A stretch of DNA of 64,000 bases from Carcharhinus longimanus (lineage: Eukaryota): positions 89,524,180 to 89,588,179 of the forward strand of contig JASCQW010000132.1 in NCBI GenBank assembly GCA_030264375.1. The letters run 5' to 3'. Made by a program: the position numbers and the translations under genes. Positions 11,615 to 22,499 of the stretch are shown piece after piece. Position 1 is the first letter of the stretch; each line of letters opens with the position of its first letter. Below the pieces are notes generated by a model. The model ran no database searches, was not told the origin of the DNA, and was given only the letters and a program-made list of their open reading frames with translations.

Positions 11615-11937
11615 GCGGCATGGTGGCACAGTGGTTAGCACTGCTGCCTCCCAGCGCCAGGGCCCCAGGTTCAATTCCAGCCTCGGGTCACTGTCTGTGT
11701 GGAGTTTGCATATTCTCCCCATGTCTGCATGGGTCCCCTCCGTGTGCGCAGGTTTTCTCCCACAGTCCAAAGATGTGCAGGTTAGGTTGGTTGGTCTCAC
11801 TGAATTAACTCTAGCGTCAAGGGGCTTAGCAGAGTAAATGTGTGGGGTTGTGGGAATAAGGCCTGCATGGGATTGTAGTTGGTACAGATCTGATGGGCCA
11901 GATGACCTCCTTCTGTACTGTAGGGATACTATGATTC
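11615..11937 (+). mobile_element. HE1-type V-SINE, full length
   Basis: gcggcatggtggcacagtggttagcactgctgcctc (A box)...ccaggttcaattcc (B box)...ccttctgtactgtagggatactatgatt. Confidence 0.95.
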
Positions 11938-12502
11938 ATATCAATTGCAATTAGTGAGGGGCTTCCCCAAGTTCCAATTCTGGACGTTAATGCAGCACAA
12001 AAGTTTAATGGTCTATATAGTCCTGACATTAATTATGAGCCAAAGAGACAGTGTGAGTCATCAAGATTTCTTTAAATCCAAGTAAACTGGCCAATTTTAA
12101 TATTTTCTACTCTCATTGATTGTGTATAATATTATTGTTTTAAACAGTGATCACTGATCATGCAATCAGCGGTAATTCTTAGGGAATCACTTCCCAAGTA
12201 AAATGAAGGGGCTAAATTAACATATGCAAGACTGGTGAAAGTCTTTATTACTGGCAGGTCATACTGATCTAAATTCTGCTCTCACTGTGACAGTAACCTT
12301 CCAGCCTATTCATCCAGCATTCCAATTGGCAAGGATTTGCATAAACAAAAACTGCTCAAAAAATCCAATAGAACTCAACAAGGAAAGGAAAATGCTTTAT
12401 AACGTTTTATGATTTTACTCTCTGGAAGAAACAGTAATGGCAAACCTCCTCCTTGTCTTGTTAGTTTGCACGCACTATGTAGACATAGTTTCAACTACAC
12501 TA

Positions 12503-12742
12503 GATGGCACGGTGACACGGTGGTTTGCACTGTTGCGCCACAGTGCGAGGGACTCAGATTCATTCTAGCCTTGGGTGACCGAGTGGAGGTTGTATGTTCC
12601 TCTCATGTCTGTGTGGGTTTTCTCTGGGTGCTCTGGTTTCCCCCCACCCTCGAGGCTTGGGTAAGAGGCTTTTTCAGAGAGTTGGCGCACACTCAAAGGG
12701 CCATATGGCCTCCTTCTGCACTATAGGGATTCTCTGGTTCTA
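12503..12742 (+). mobile_element. HE1-type V-SINE, internally deleted
   Basis: gatggcacggtgacacggtggtttgcactg...ggcctccttctgcactatagggattct. Confidence 0.85.
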
Positions 12743-13635
12743 ACTGCAGTTAAAACATAGAGAATATTTTGTATGCATGGGCCTCTAAGTAAAGGAAGAT
12801 GAAAATGTAATTATTAGTTATATCCAAATCTAGACTCACCCTATGGATACACATGAATCTCTACAGGGCTTGGAAATGAAATCAATTGGTGCAATATAAA
12901 TGATAGAGCTGGAATCACAACTTATGGGAACTTTGGCTCTTCTGAGCTGTGCTCTCGATTCAAGTATTGGCTCAGAGAGCTCATGATGCGGAGTTGAGCA
13001 AAATCTTTGTTTTTGCGTTAATCTGGAGGTTGGATCTGTGAATGTAGTACTTCCAATTTAGACTAGATCATTATAGGCCATTTGCTATTTGCTGATGTTT
13101 ATCGATTCTTTGGCTGCACTAAAACAGTGCAGCTTGAAAGAGTTGTGTGATCTGTTCTTAATTGTTGTATCTGTGCAAGACAAGCAGATGTTTTCAGGCT
13201 CAGAGGAAACAGTTTGTGCATTGGATTAGTAAGCATTTAAAAACTCCAGTTTTATCATTGTAGAAATGTGTATGAATGGGCTTGCTTGTGGATGTAAGTA
13301 TGCAGTCCTGCGCTTTAATTTTGAAATATGATCCACAGAGTTTGTTAAGGGTCATTATTGGGCACATTTTGCAAATGCTCTGATTTTTCTATTCCTGCTA
13401 GATGCATGCGAGCTATCTGTAGATATCGAAAACGGTTCAATATATTTTAAGAAATGTTTTAAAAATACCCAGTTGCAGGTTAGTTAATAACAAAACCCAT
13501 GGTGAAAGGGTTGGAGCAGCTATAGTTGAGCTCATGTGCAGTTGAACCCAGCAAGTTATTTGATGAATAGCACTCATTGAGGGAACACTTAAAAGATTTT
13601 TTGTTCATAGTTTAAGGTGCTATGCCTTGAAACAG

Positions 13636-13669
13636 TTTACGCCAGTCCAACGCCGGCATACCCACATCA
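13636..13669 (+). mobile_element. Tail-only insertion of family-A Penelope-like element with 9-bp TSD
   Basis: tttacgccagtccaacgccggcatacccacatca flanked by ttgaaacag at 13627-13635 and 13670-13678; matches the tail at 20305-20337. Confidence 0.8.
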
Positions 13670-15257
13670 TTGAAACAGACAGCCAAGTGGGTAAAATCTT
13701 TAAATTGTGAAATGGACATTGATTTTTGTAGCTCTCAGGACTGGTTTGCAGCTGGAGTACTGTGCTCTGGTTATCAGACTGGAGGTTCCCTTGGGAGTAT
13801 GTCAAACAGGAAGAGCTGTGAAGAGTGTTGTTCACCCGAAAGCAGGAGACAGCAGTGGAGCAGGATGATGATTTGACTCCCATTGCATTCTTGTAAACTG
13901 ATCAGCATGGAAGGATCCTGTGTATTATACTTGCATGAGCATTACAGCTTGAAACGGATGCTTGCTGCAGATTAAATGTACCTGTGAACCCTCAACTCTT
14001 TCCAGACTCAAACTTATCGTAGGGTGGGGCTTTGTTGGGCCATTGGCCCAGAGGCTTTTGAAGTATGTTAGGCCATGTCATCTATTGCTTCATGAAGTCT
14101 GGGTGACCATGGAAAGAAATTCTGAGGAAAAAAAATCTCCAAGCCTCTGCTGTATTTTGCTTCCCCCTGCCTGCCCGCTCCACCCACCCCCCCCNNNNNN
14201 NNNNNNNNNNNNNNNNNNNNNNNNNNNNNNNNNNNNNNNNNNNNNNNNNNNNNNNNNNNNNNNNNNNNNNNNNNNNNNNNNNNNNNNNNNNNNNNNNNNN
14301 NNNNNNNNNNNNNNNNNNNNNNNNNNNNNNNNNNNNNNNNNACAATGAACGGTTTCCAGAAAAAGGTCAGGACCAAGATGTTAATAATTAGCTTTGTGAA
14401 AGGATTGTCAGTTACCATTTCAAATGCACCCTTAACAGTCCCTTTAATGCCACACTATCACCCGCAAAGCCGAAGTGACCTTCCTCGTTATTTTTGCTAA
14501 CGCTTAGAATAATTCTTGACCAACGAGACTGCCACCTCTCCAGCTTTGACTGGACTGTTTGATTTTTCAAGTGTGCATCCTAGGAATTTCTAAAATGCCT
14601 TGCTTGGTGTCAAATATTTTATTTATACATACAACTCTCTTTTTTGTTTATTTATTTTGCCTCCTGTTGGGAGGGGTTAGCTTCAGGATTCTCTGTAGCT
14701 TTAGGTTGAATTTTCCCAGTTCTGCAATGGCAGGTTTGGGAGTGGTTGGGTGGGGGTGTAGGGGGAGGCTGTGACAATGGTTAGGACAACTGTCCGATGC
14801 ATTCCCATCAGTGAGGAATGTGCCCAGGGCAGGATGAGAAGGGGATTGGCTACCTGCTCCACGGAAGTAGGTAACCAATTTAGACAGTTATTAAGGCTTC
14901 ACTTCTGGGTCATTTTGTGGTCTCTCAGTCATTTTGAAGAAGGTGGAGCAGGCTTTTGATATGTGTGGGAGGGGCGTCAGCTCATAGAAGATTACCTCCC
15001 TGCAGCAGGCGAGGGATGCAATTGGAACCAAAGGCTCCGTGCTGCAGGAGGGGCTGGATTAATGAAAGGCCATGATTGTAGTTGCGACTGATCCAGCGGG
15101 GAGATTACCCTTCCACCCCGAATCACCTACTCATCTATCATCCCAGCTATATGGAAGCAATCTGCTGGCCTCCATATTTAGGAGCCCTTGGCCTGCATCA
15201 GCACTGCCTACCTCTCCCATTGGGACTACAATGGCTCTTGAGCTACCAGCCCTCTAA

Positions 15258-15670
15258 TTGAGGGTTGCCAACCCTCCTGGAATAGCCCTCGTGGAAACAG
15301 CATCAGTCTCCTGGTGGTCAAAGAAATCATTCCAGGAGATTTTAAAACAATATTTCAAGTTGACATCATTGAGTGAGTTTGCTCCACAAGTATCATCACC
15401 ACCTCCCCTCCAAATCAAGAAGGAAAGTCCCCCAGTGCTGGCTGGGAAATGTAGTGCCTCTATTCCTGTATGGAGGAGAAGGGGAACTGGGTAGAGAGTG
15501 GACTACAACCACCAGAGGACACTGTGGCTGGGGTGGTGGAGTGTGGTGATTTGACTTGTCAAGTGAAGTGCCCATGGTTAGGGTACAGGTTGGGAGTAGT
15601 GACTGGATACAGCTCTGACAAAGGATAAGTAGCTCAATTGAGATTTTCTTGTTGCCAGAGTTGGGTTCCT
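15258..15670. mobile_element. Possible degenerate hAT-type MITE
   Basis: Begins gagggttgccaaccctcctgga, a terminus typical of hAT-like MITEs; the far terminus is unclear. Confidence 0.3.
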
Positions 15671-15851
15671 GACCCCAAAATCTAGCATTTTTAAATGTAA
15701 TCCTTTGTTTTTGAGATGAGAGTCTTCAGTTGTTTGGCGAGAGCAGAGAGGCTGGGTTTATTCTCCTTCAACAAAGGAGGCTGAGAGGAAGTTTGGTGCT
15801 CCTAAGTGAGGGGCTTTGATCAAATAAATAAGGATACATTGTCTGCGTTTG

Positions 15852-16169
15852 GGGCGGCACAGTGGCACAGTGGTTAGCACTGCTGCGCCACAGCACCAGG
15901 GATCTGGGTTTGATCCCCAGCTTTGGATCACTGACTGTGTGGTGTTTGCACATTCCATGTCTGCGTGGGTTTCCTCCGGGTCCTCCGGTTTCCTCCCACA
16001 GTCCAAAGATGTGCGGGTTAGGTGGATTGGCTATGCTTAATTGCCTCTTAGTGTCAGAGGGACTAGGGACTAGCAGGGTGAATGCATGGGGTTATGGGGA
16101 TAGAGCCTGGTGGGATTGTGATTCGATGGGTCAAATGGCTTCTTTCTGCACTGTAGGGATTCTATGATT
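15852..16169 (+). mobile_element. HE1-type V-SINE, full length
   Basis: gggcggcacagtggcacagtggttagcactgctgc...ctgcactgtagggattctatgatt. Confidence 0.95.
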
Positions 16170-16171
16170 GC

Positions 16172-16460
16172 CAGGAGGATGGACAACCAGAGGGCAAAAA
16201 TTGAAGGTCATTGGCTGAAGAGCAGAGTGCAGATGAGGAGCAGGTTGTTTTGAGCTACAGTGCACTGCCTGAAAGGATGGAGGATGCAGATTTAATAATA
16301 ACATTCAAAAGTGAATTAGATAAATAATTAAAAAGAAAGCAAAATTGCATTGCTGTGGGAAAGAGCTGGGTAGTAGGTTCACTTGCAAAACTTCTGCAAA
16401 GGACCAGCGCAGGTACAGTGAGCTAACTGGTTTCCTTATATGCTGTGTGATTTTATCATT
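16172..16460 (+). mobile_element. CR1 LINE 3' fragment
   Basis: aaccagaggg...gtgcactgcctgaaaggatggaggatgcagatttaataataacattcaaaagtgaattagataa; CR1 3' end pattern. Confidence 0.7.
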
Positions 16461-16539
16461 TTATAATACATTGCCAAAAATAATTTAATGATTGCTCACC
16501 TTCTCACCATCTCACCATTACCATCATGCAGAATCTTGG

Positions 16540-16980
16540 CTCAATCTTGTCTTTCCCCATCTTTCTTTATCCTGTGCCAATTTTCTCCTTTGCCAATAAC
16601 TTGCTTCAATTTTCAAGGCATCCGGCATTAATAGTCTCTCCCTTTCTCTTTACCCTTGAAATCTTCCCCTTATAACGTCGCTCTAGAAATCCATTTCCTC
16701 TTAAGCTGTGGGCTACTTAGACTTTCTGTCTGTTCCAATTACATTCAGCAAATCCTTTTTGTCTGTTCACTCTCCTGAACACTTCATTTGTTTCTTCTTC
16801 CGTCCAACTGATCCTTTGCATTTCCCTCCAAACCTGCATTCAAAGTTACTTAACACATTGGTATCCCCTTCCTGTTGGCTTAAAGTCTCACATCCAGACA
16901 AAACAACACTCCAAACCAAGCTCTTTATAAGTTGTTTCTTGAGTTGCCTATTCAGTTTTTACAGCAACGTCTTTTTATAT
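16540..16980 (-). mobile_element. RTE-clade LINE 3' ORF fragment
   Basis: Minus strand reads LNRQLKKQLIKSLVWSVVLSGCET..., matching RTE KRLIKSLVWSVVLYGCETW, followed by a frameshifted ISWTEKKTNE segment. Confidence 0.8.
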
Positions 16981-18279
16981 ATCCACTGAGTTGAATGTCA
17001 GTGCAATTGGAATTGAAAATCTCAGACTGGATTCCCAACCTGCCATAAAAATTGAAAGCAGCATTTTAAATACAGCAGAAGTTATCGTGAGCATGATTAC
17101 TGCCCAGATGGCTGGACAGTTCAGTCTTTACATCATATTAGTTAGACTCTAACTGTTAGAGTCGATATTCAGATAGGAATGAAACATCAGCATCTTGAGA
17201 TTTTTAAAATTGTATTTAAATAAGCTAAAATTATGTTTTGATGTGTTTAATATGTTATGCCGACAGTGTGCAGTGAGCGAACATTCATTTCATAATAACT
17301 ACCACATTAATGGGAGCAACCGTAATCTCTCAGTGCAACAGCAACCCACAGAGCCTCTATATTTTAACACTGAGAGACAACAAGCTGATTTTTGCTACAT
17401 TAAGTTGAAATAATGCTGGTTGCATTGTCCTCTCAGAGATGAAACAGAAGTGAGTGACTGCAGTCACCGTGGTATAACTGTCGTAGGCGGGTGAGTAATT
17501 TCCTGCATTAAAGAATTTCTTTGGTGTACTTGTAATGGAGCAGTGAGTCATGGTTTTGTGGAATCTCTGTGATCTGATTGATTGTACTTGTGGAGAAAAG
17601 ACATTGACGGATTGTCAAAGACACTTGGGCATAAGTCAGACAAACCGACTCCACATCAGCACTTAAACAACAGTATTAGCAAAGGTCCAGTATAATACAG
17701 CGGCTCTTATAATTTTTTCATAGTAATCATGGATTATTATCTTTTACTTATGAAATGTTACTTCATCAAGTGTAAGAAGTTAATTGGAAAGGTTTCCAAC
17801 ATTTTTACAAAATTCTACACTTACTGGATGAGGGTTTGCTCCTCTTGGCCCTGTGGAATGTTACCTGGCAACAGAGTAGTCTGAGCACCATTGCCAGGTC
17901 CAGAGCTTTCATCTTCGCCAGTGCCAGCACTTAAAACTACTTCTAGTCTGAATAAGTGATCGTGCCAGTAAATGTGAGAATAGGATGTAGATTCAAAAGT
18001 TGAAGTCCAATTGACCATTTATTAAAAGAACACTTCTAGGTCATCTAGATCCTCTACTCTGTGAAAATAGCTGAAGATCGGTAAAACAGGACCCTGGCAA
18101 GTTATTCACGTTGGATGCATTTATTGAGAGGAGCTTGTGCACCACACATCAGGCAGGTGCTTGCCTTATCCACAGGTGTAAACTGATGTGACTGTTATGA
18201 CAATTGGAGTCCATTGTCTTTGGATAAATGAGAGGAAAAATAAGCCAGACCTTGTCAGAGAGAAAGTATGTGTTTGTTT

Positions 18280-18572
18280 AGTTTTATAAAGTTTATTTAT
18301 CAGTGTCACAAATAGGCTTATATTAACCTTGCAGTGAAGCTACTGAGAAACTTTCCTAGTTGCCACACTCTGGCGCCTGTTCGGGTACACTGAGGGAGAA
18401 TTTAACATGGCCAATGCACCTAACCAGCACATCTTTCAGACTGTGGAGCACCCGGAGAAAACCCACACAGGAGGATGTGCAGACTTCACACAGAGAGTGA
18501 GCTAAACTGGGAATCGAACCCAGGTCCCTTGCACCGAGTGGCAACACTGCTAACCACTGTGCCAGCGTGCTG
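18280..18572 (-). mobile_element. Alternative-tail V-SINE
   Basis: aagtttatttatcagtgtcacaaataggcttatattaac...cgcctgttcgggtacactgagggagaatttaacatggccaatgcacctaacc. Confidence 0.9.
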
Positions 18573-19399
18573 TGATGCGGAAGTTGTTGAGGCCAGAATA
18601 TTACTCGTCTATAATTGCCCCTTTCCCTCTCAACAAATGTTAAATAATCTGTGACTGGTTTTCCACGAAAAAAGCCCTCGAATGGAAGACAAGGAGTCCA
18701 AGCACGTTCTGAGCCGTATTCAGGAGAGAAGGGGAGAAAATAATAAATATATCAGGTGAAATATAAAACATAAACTACTGCTTTCTCATCATTGGTATAT
18801 AAAAAAAAGTGTTTTAATTAAGATTGAGTGAGGGAATATGGTAGAATGAACCGTGTTGTATTTTCTGTCTGCACTGTGTCGATCAATGAGAGGAAAAGTC
18901 AGCTTACTGCGTACATGTGATCGTCATACTAAATGTTCAAGACAAATAACAATGCACAAGCAGATTTTAACCTATACTGGAAACGGTGAGTTACCAACTA
19001 ACAGAACCATTCCAAACTGGTATTCTTGGATTGATTTGGCCTAATTCACAGTGGAGCAACTGTGTTTGTAGGACAAAATGGTGGTAGCTGCGTTTTCTCC
19101 TCTATTTATAGCCAGGAACATTATTAAAAGGAAACCATTGTGCTATGCTCTAACAGTGTAGTAACATTCTGATTCCAATGTAGAGACTTCAGATTACAGA
19201 CCCTTTTACATCCTCCTCCCCTCCTTCTCCTTGCCTCACTATCATCCTCACCAGAAGTTGAATCTGAACCCAAAAGCCAGATTCTTGCACACAGGTTCCC
19301 TCCTTACTTTCAATCTCAGCACAAATAATATCAGCGCAGTCTTGCACAGTTTTGAAGACAGAGCAAGAATGAATGAATAGCAAAAGAGATGAGGAAGAG

Positions 19400-19745
19400 A
19401 TAGAATCATACAGTGCAGAACAGGCCCTTTGGCCCATTGAGTCTGCACCAACATGTGAGGAACATCTGGTCTCCCACTCCTAATTCTATTTACCAGCACT
19501 TGACCTATAGCCTTGAATGTTATGATGTGCCAAGTGCTCATCTAGGTACATTTTTAAAGGATGTGAGCAACATTCCTCTACCACTCTCCCAGGTAGCACA
19601 TTCTAGACCATCACCACTCCTAAACCTCCTGGCCCTCATTTTGAACTTGTCATCCCTTGTGACTGACCCTTCAACTGAGGGCAATAGCTGCTCCTTATCC
19701 ACTCTGTCCATGCTCCTCATAATCTTGTACACCTTGTACAGATGT
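19400..19745 (-). mobile_element. CR1 (HER1-like) LINE 3' end
   Basis: ORF 19538-19759 YKVYKIMRSMDRVDKEQLLPSVEGSVTRDDKFK; tail tagaatcatacagtgcagaacaggccctttggccc. Confidence 0.88.
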
Positions 19746-19847
19746 GAAGAAGAGCCCAATGATTAACAAGCTGCTGTTGCTATGGTTTCCTATAAATGGT
19801 AGCTTAACCAGTTTTCAAAATAATGTATCCATTGGTGCTCACACTTA

Positions 19848-20338
19848 AAGCAGGTTTATTTGGAATCACAAGCTTTCAGAGTGCTGCTCCTTCATCAGGT
19901 GAGTGGAGAGGTAGGTTCACAAGCACAGCATATATAGACAGAGACACAATTGTAAGATAATTACAGATTGGAATGTGAAGAATGGTTAGAAAACGAGTCT
20001 TTACAAGTATAGATAGTGCGAGTGGAGAGAGGGATAATTCACAGGTTAAAGAGGGGTACATTGTCTCAAGATTTTGAAAGTCCAGGTCAAANNNNNNNNN
20101 NNNNNNNNNNNNNNNNNNNNNNNNNNNNNGTGACAAAAACCTAAGACCTCGGTTGAGGCCGTCCTCATGCGTGCAGAACTTGGTTTTCAGTTTCTGCTCA
20201 GCAATCCTGTGTCTTTGTGTGTCATGAAGGCTGCCTTGAAGAACGCTTACCCGAAGATTAGAGGCTGAATGTTGTGAACCTGCTGTTGTGAGATTTCTTA
20301 CTGTGCCCACCCCAGTCCAACGCCGACATCTCCCCATT
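19848..20338 (-). mobile_element. Penelope-like element (family A): GIY-YIG C-terminus plus pseudo-LTR on minus strand, with the 3' tail inverted (plus strand, 20278-20338)
   Basis: ORF 19876-20337 contains HSASNLRVSVLQGSLHDTQRHRIAEQKLKTKFCTHEDGLNR (PLE endonuclease C-terminal GLN motif); acactta flanks both ends (19841-19847, 20339-20345). Confidence 0.88.
19866..19902 (-). ncRNA. Minimal type-I hammerhead ribozyme (family A), core intact
   Basis: Reverse complement UCAC-CUGAUGA-A-GGAG CAGCA CUCU-GAA-AGCU-U-GUGA: stem I UCAC/GUGA, stem II, palindromic stem III AGCU. Confidence 0.8.
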
Positions 20339-20732
20339 ACACTTATAACGGCTGATTTACCTTGGATATTTTATATTGTAATCTGAATATTTCCCTTTGT
20401 AATAAAGACAATTCTAGTTGAAACTGTTAAATCTTTTTATTTATATTTTGAGCAAAAAATTGCATGGAATTCCAGCCTGCTGGATTAAGCAGTTCTGGCT
20501 GCTTGGGGCTTTCAGTCTATGAACAAAGCAGCAACTTGTTTTTTTCCATCAATACTAAATTTCATTTGTATTAAGGATATTGTTTCCATCACTCAGGCTC
20601 CACAAGGATGGTCCAGAATAATGATGAGCATTCATATTAATATTAGTTCCAGTAAAGCCTCAAATACAGACGACCATAATCAAAAATAATTAAACGTTCC
20701 TTTTCCAGGACGAACAGTACATGCTGTTACGG

Positions 20733-21011
20733 TTTGAGTATGGCTGGAAAAAAAGAGACATACTGTTGAATCTTTTTATCTTGCACTCATCAGGGTGGAT
20801 GCAAAAATATTAAATCTCAACGGGAACAACAATTTATGCTGAGCAATAAGAGCATGCTGATTGGTTGGCAAGTGGACTGCTAAGCTTTTGTTGGAATTCA
20901 AACAAGGCAAGTCCCCTCTATTCAAGGCATTGCCATAGGAAATGAACCAGGAAATGTTTGTTCTCCAAGCTCGTTTGTTTAGTTGAAAAAGGCACGATGT
21001 GTGGACATGTT
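20733..21011 (-). mobile_element. Family-C hammerhead-bearing repeat (putative PLE pseudo-LTR), copy 1
   Basis: Reverse complement aligns to 22049-22340; contains ccaaccaatcag and cctgatgagtgcaagataaaaagattcaacag. Confidence 0.7.
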
Positions 21012-21424
21012 CATTTTATTTGACACACATCTCTCTCTCTCTCTTCCACCACCACCATCACCCCACCACCCCCACTTTGCTACTTTCAGTATGCTAATCG
21101 GGAGACCATAAACCATTTTGCAACAGATGCAAAACTGATTTTTAGGCTCACATGCTATTCTCTGGGGTTGGAGCAATCTGTACTTGGCATGGTGAGATTG
21201 GAGAAACTGCTGAATTTTGCAAGCACGGGTTAATTNNNNNNNNNNNNNNNNNNNNNNNNNNNNNNNNNNNNNNNNNNNNNNNNNNNNNNNNNNNNNNNNN
21301 NNNNNNNNNNNNNNNNNNNNNNNNNNNNNNNNNNNTTAATTGAGTATATTCAATACTACATCCATTGCAAAAACCTGAAGGGATGCGCCATTTGCCATGC
21401 TCCACCAATCATTTCTGATCTCTC

Positions 21425-21560
21425 AGATTTAAAGGATATTGGCAAAGGAGTGAGAATGCATTTAAAGCCCAAGATCAGCCACAATCGTATCATATGGCGG
21501 AGGAGCCTCGATGGTCCATATCGTCCACAACTGCTGCTAATTCGTGTGTTCTTGTACAGA
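21425..21560 (+). mobile_element. CR1 3' tail fragment
   Basis: aaggatattggcaaagg...gatcagccacaatcgtatcatatggcggaggagcctcgatgg. Confidence 0.7.
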
Positions 21561-22048
21561 GTACATACCTGGCATCACAGCAGCACTTCAATTCATATTC
21601 CACATTGCTCATTGTGTGGAAAGCAAAATGTCTTTTTGGCTTAATGGCAACATTCAGTTAGTGGAGAATACCACTCATGTTGCTACTGCACTGCACAAGT
21701 ATGAAATGGCTAGTTCTACTAGTGTGAAACAGCTAGCTATCCTGTGGGACAATGGTTACCTCAATTATATCATTGTTTATTGTATATTGTGAAAAATTAT
21801 GACTGGACCTAAGGCAACCATTTTCAGTCCTAAAAAATCTATCTTGGGTAAGGTATCTTAAAAATCTGAGCAACGGGTGAAACCAGTTAGTAATTCTATC
21901 ATTGGGCAACACTGAACAATCCTGATTGTGCTGAGAACTACATTAACAACCAATTTAAGGTTTTCAGTTGGAGTGCGCAGTGTGGCTTATTTACACATTC
22001 TCGAAGCTACATATATTCACAGGCAGGTCTCTACCCTTTTTTAAACAA

Positions 22049-22362
22049 AACATGACCATTCATTGTGCCTTTTTCAAATAAACAAAAGCTTGGGCTCAGC
22101 CATTCTCTGGTTCATTCCCCATAGTAATGCCTTGAACAATCAAAGACAACTTGCCTGGTTTGAATTCAGACAAAAACTTGGCAGTTAACTGTTCAATGGC
22201 GTATTTTCCATGGCAATGCCCTATCAGTCTTTTCATGCAATAAATGTTTGTCCCCTTTGAGATTTGGTATTCTTGTATTTGTACTGATGAGTAGAAAATG
22301 AAAAGCTTTGAAAACATGTCTCTTTTTTCAGCAATACTCAAGTTCCACACTACCAAGCAACT
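22049..22362 (+). mobile_element. Family-C hammerhead-bearing repeat, copy 2 (inverted relative to copy 1)
   Basis: tgtactgatgagtagaaaatgaaaagctttgaaaacatgtctcttttttcagcaatactcaag; CUGAUGA at 22284-22290, GAAA at 22300-22303, palindrome AAGCUU. Confidence 0.7.
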
Positions 22363-22499
22363 ATCGGCTACTATTAAGATTTTTTAATGTGGTGCAATTT
22401 ATGCAAATTAGTTTTCACCCTGCTGTAAGGATACATAGAGGTGTGACCCTCTGTGGTGGGAAAATGAGGCACTTTTAGGCCAATTTGCATTGCTATCGC

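Noticed and set aside
11615-11690. tRNA-like A and B boxes
   Set aside because: SINE heads continuing into the V-domain; not standalone tRNA genes.
11613-11837. Recurrent short ORFs (MVAQWLALL..., CLCGVCTFSPCL...)
   Set aside because: Translations of V-SINE copies, not genes.
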